Shown: positions 62,524 to 64,000 of the stretch, in pieces | Layout of the letters: every line of letters begins with the position of its first letter | Position numbering within the stretch: the first letter of the stretch is position 1 | NCBI GenBank assembly: GCA_963769025.1 | Contig: CAVYKI010000003.1 | Span: 1,317,822-1,381,821 of the forward strand | Length of the DNA stretch: 64,000 nucleotides | Origin: an uncultured Verrucomicrobiae bacterium | GTDB taxonomy: Bacteria > Verrucomicrobiota > Verrucomicrobiia > Chthoniobacterales > Chthoniobacteraceae | Direction: 5' to 3' | Made by a program: the position numbers and the translations under genes | The notes under the pieces: generated by a model | Databases searched by the model: none | Told to the model about the DNA's origin: nothing | Seen by the model: the letters and a program-made list of their open reading frames with translations, nothing else

Positions 62524-63091
62524 TGCCCATCCTCCGCTGTCAAATCGTTGGCTCCGCCGATCAGCACACTCGCCAGTTCCAGCGGCGGTTTGTCGCTCGT
62601 GCCATCGCTCGCCCACAGCAGACGAGTCGCGATGCTCTCGGCGCTCTCCACGGCCAGCCGCGCCTCGATGACCGAAGGGTGCGCGATCCTTGGACGACAT
62701 CACCGGCTCGGCCACTTCGCGGCGGCGGGCGTGCTCGGCGCGCAAAGCCTCCAGGGCACGGTCCATCGCGGGTCGGATGATGCGGGCGGCCTCCGCGCTG
62801 ATGCGTCCGCGCAGCGCCGCGCAGGCCCGCCGCAACGTGGCGTAGCGCGTGCCGGTCAGATCCGCGTCGGCGGTCACGAGCAACTTCTGCTCAGTCTCGG
62901 CGGTCGGATTGTCGAGGAACGCGGTGAACGCGGCTTGCTGCTCTTCGGCGACACGCGCGGCGGCGTGCTGGCGTTCGCGATTCGCTCCAGTGCTCCCATT
63001 GCTTCTGCAGGCGATGAACGGCGGCGATGTCGTCCTCGCTCAGCAGCGGGACGTTCAGGGCTTTGGTCAGGGACAGGAATTCGATGTGCAT
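62520..63091 (-). CDS. Helical hypothetical protein of the element (two frameshifts)
   Basis: MHIEFL...AFLDNPTAETEQKLL...ARLAVESAESIA...DGQ* pieced across frames; ATGA overlap downstream. Confidence 0.5.
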
Positions 63092-63111
63092 GGCGGTTTC
63101 GGGTTCGAGGT

Positions 63112-63342
63112 TCAGAGCATCGGGTTCACCGCGGGCGCGGCCTTGCGCGACGGCAGGCGCTTGAGTTCGGCCACTCGTTGCGCAAGGAAGAGCGGCTGCG
63201 GCGTGCCGCCCACGTCGAGCGTGGCGTCGGCCAGGAGTTCGGCGTCGCGCATTCGCAGGAGCAGCGTGTTGCGGGAGCGGCCCGAGAGTTCGCCGAGGCG
63301 GTGGAGCGTGACGTAGGCGGGTTTGTTGGTCGGTGTGGTCAT
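63112..63342 (-). CDS. Small putative HTH protein (AlpA/Xis-like)
   Basis: 76 aa, YVTLHRLGELSGRSRNTL; GAGGAG RBS upstream. Confidence 0.55.
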   Translation of the reverse strand: MTTPTNKPAYVTLHRLGELSGRSRNTLLLRMRDAELLADATLDVGGTPQPLFLAQRVAELKRLPSRKAAPAVNPML

Positions 63343-63537
63343 GGCGTTTTGCTCCTCGCGCTCGTGTCAACGCGAAGCACCGCCGCCCGACGGACCCGCG
63401 GCGAGAAAGTCGTGCCGGAACGACTTTCGCCATTCCGCGCCCTCGCTCATGGCGCGATGAACGGCAGTCCTGGCATCAAAACCCGGTGTCGCGAGCCTCG
63501 TTCAGCCTGCGTCTCCTGCACCACGATGCACCGTGCG

Positions 63538-63664
63538 GAAAATGGGACGCTTGGGACGCTTTTTCAGAACTCCCCCATGCACGTGTGCCTGCGCATGTGC
63601 GCGTCCGCGCCCGCGCGCGCCTAGCGCGTAGGTTCCAAAACGCCGTCCCAAGCGTCCCATTTTC
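63538..63664. repeat. Perfect 21-bp inverted repeat with tandem heptamers (origin-like)
   Basis: GAAAATGGGACGCTTGGGACG (63538-63558) and CGTCCCAAGCGTCCCATTTTC (63644-63664). Confidence 0.85.
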
Positions 63665-64000
63665 AACGTCGTTCATCTCCATGCAGGTGACAGGATGGGC
63701 CAAACGGCGGACGTGATCTTTCGAGCCGACGAATCGCCCCACGCTTTGGCCCATCCCTTCACACCCAGCATTTCCGGCAGCGCACGACGAAAAACGTCAC
63801 CGCCAGCGCCACGACGCGAGGTGTAAAGCGCGTGACGAAAAACGGGGTCACTTTACACCTGCTCTGCACCGCGATGAAGTGCCGCTGAAAGCCCGCGAAG
63901 TAAGCGTTTATCAGGCTTTGGAGGCCACGAAGGGCGCTGCGGAAGGGGATGATGGCCGTGAAAAAAGTGGGAAGTGAAAAAACAGCTTCCTCATAAGAAA

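Noticed and set aside
1..64000. tRNA or rRNA genes
   Set aside because: None recognised by eye; a tRNAscan-SE/Infernal run would be needed to exclude them.

Overview
A high-GC bacterial chromosome segment whose gene content suggests Verrucomicrobiota (Chthoniobacterales-like; inference). Bases 1-54280 are mostly core and metabolic genes: secreted hydrolases, two-component systems, an intact IS5-family element, an ECF sigma/FecR/pectate-lyase module, miaE, rpsT, glgB, xseA, glcD/glcF, a pilin-like cassette and aroB. This part also holds a light-response locus (25222-36502): a C30-type carotenoid operon with no synthase, a divergent B12-binding CarH/LitR regulator with 11-bp-periodic operator repeats, an ECF sigma, and a convergent anti-sigma-PAS fusion. 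After aroB an accessory island begins: two integron attC sites, two HNH nuclease genes with unusual partner domains, a STAND-type ATPase split across opposite strands, a second degenerate ATPase, and a satellite-like module (small HTH, scaffold-like protein and capsid, with no portal or terminase seen) beside a perfect 21-bp inverted repeat. Many genes carry single-base frameshifts, probably sequencing errors, so pseudogene status is uncertain. All family calls come from motif recognition by eye; no database search was run.
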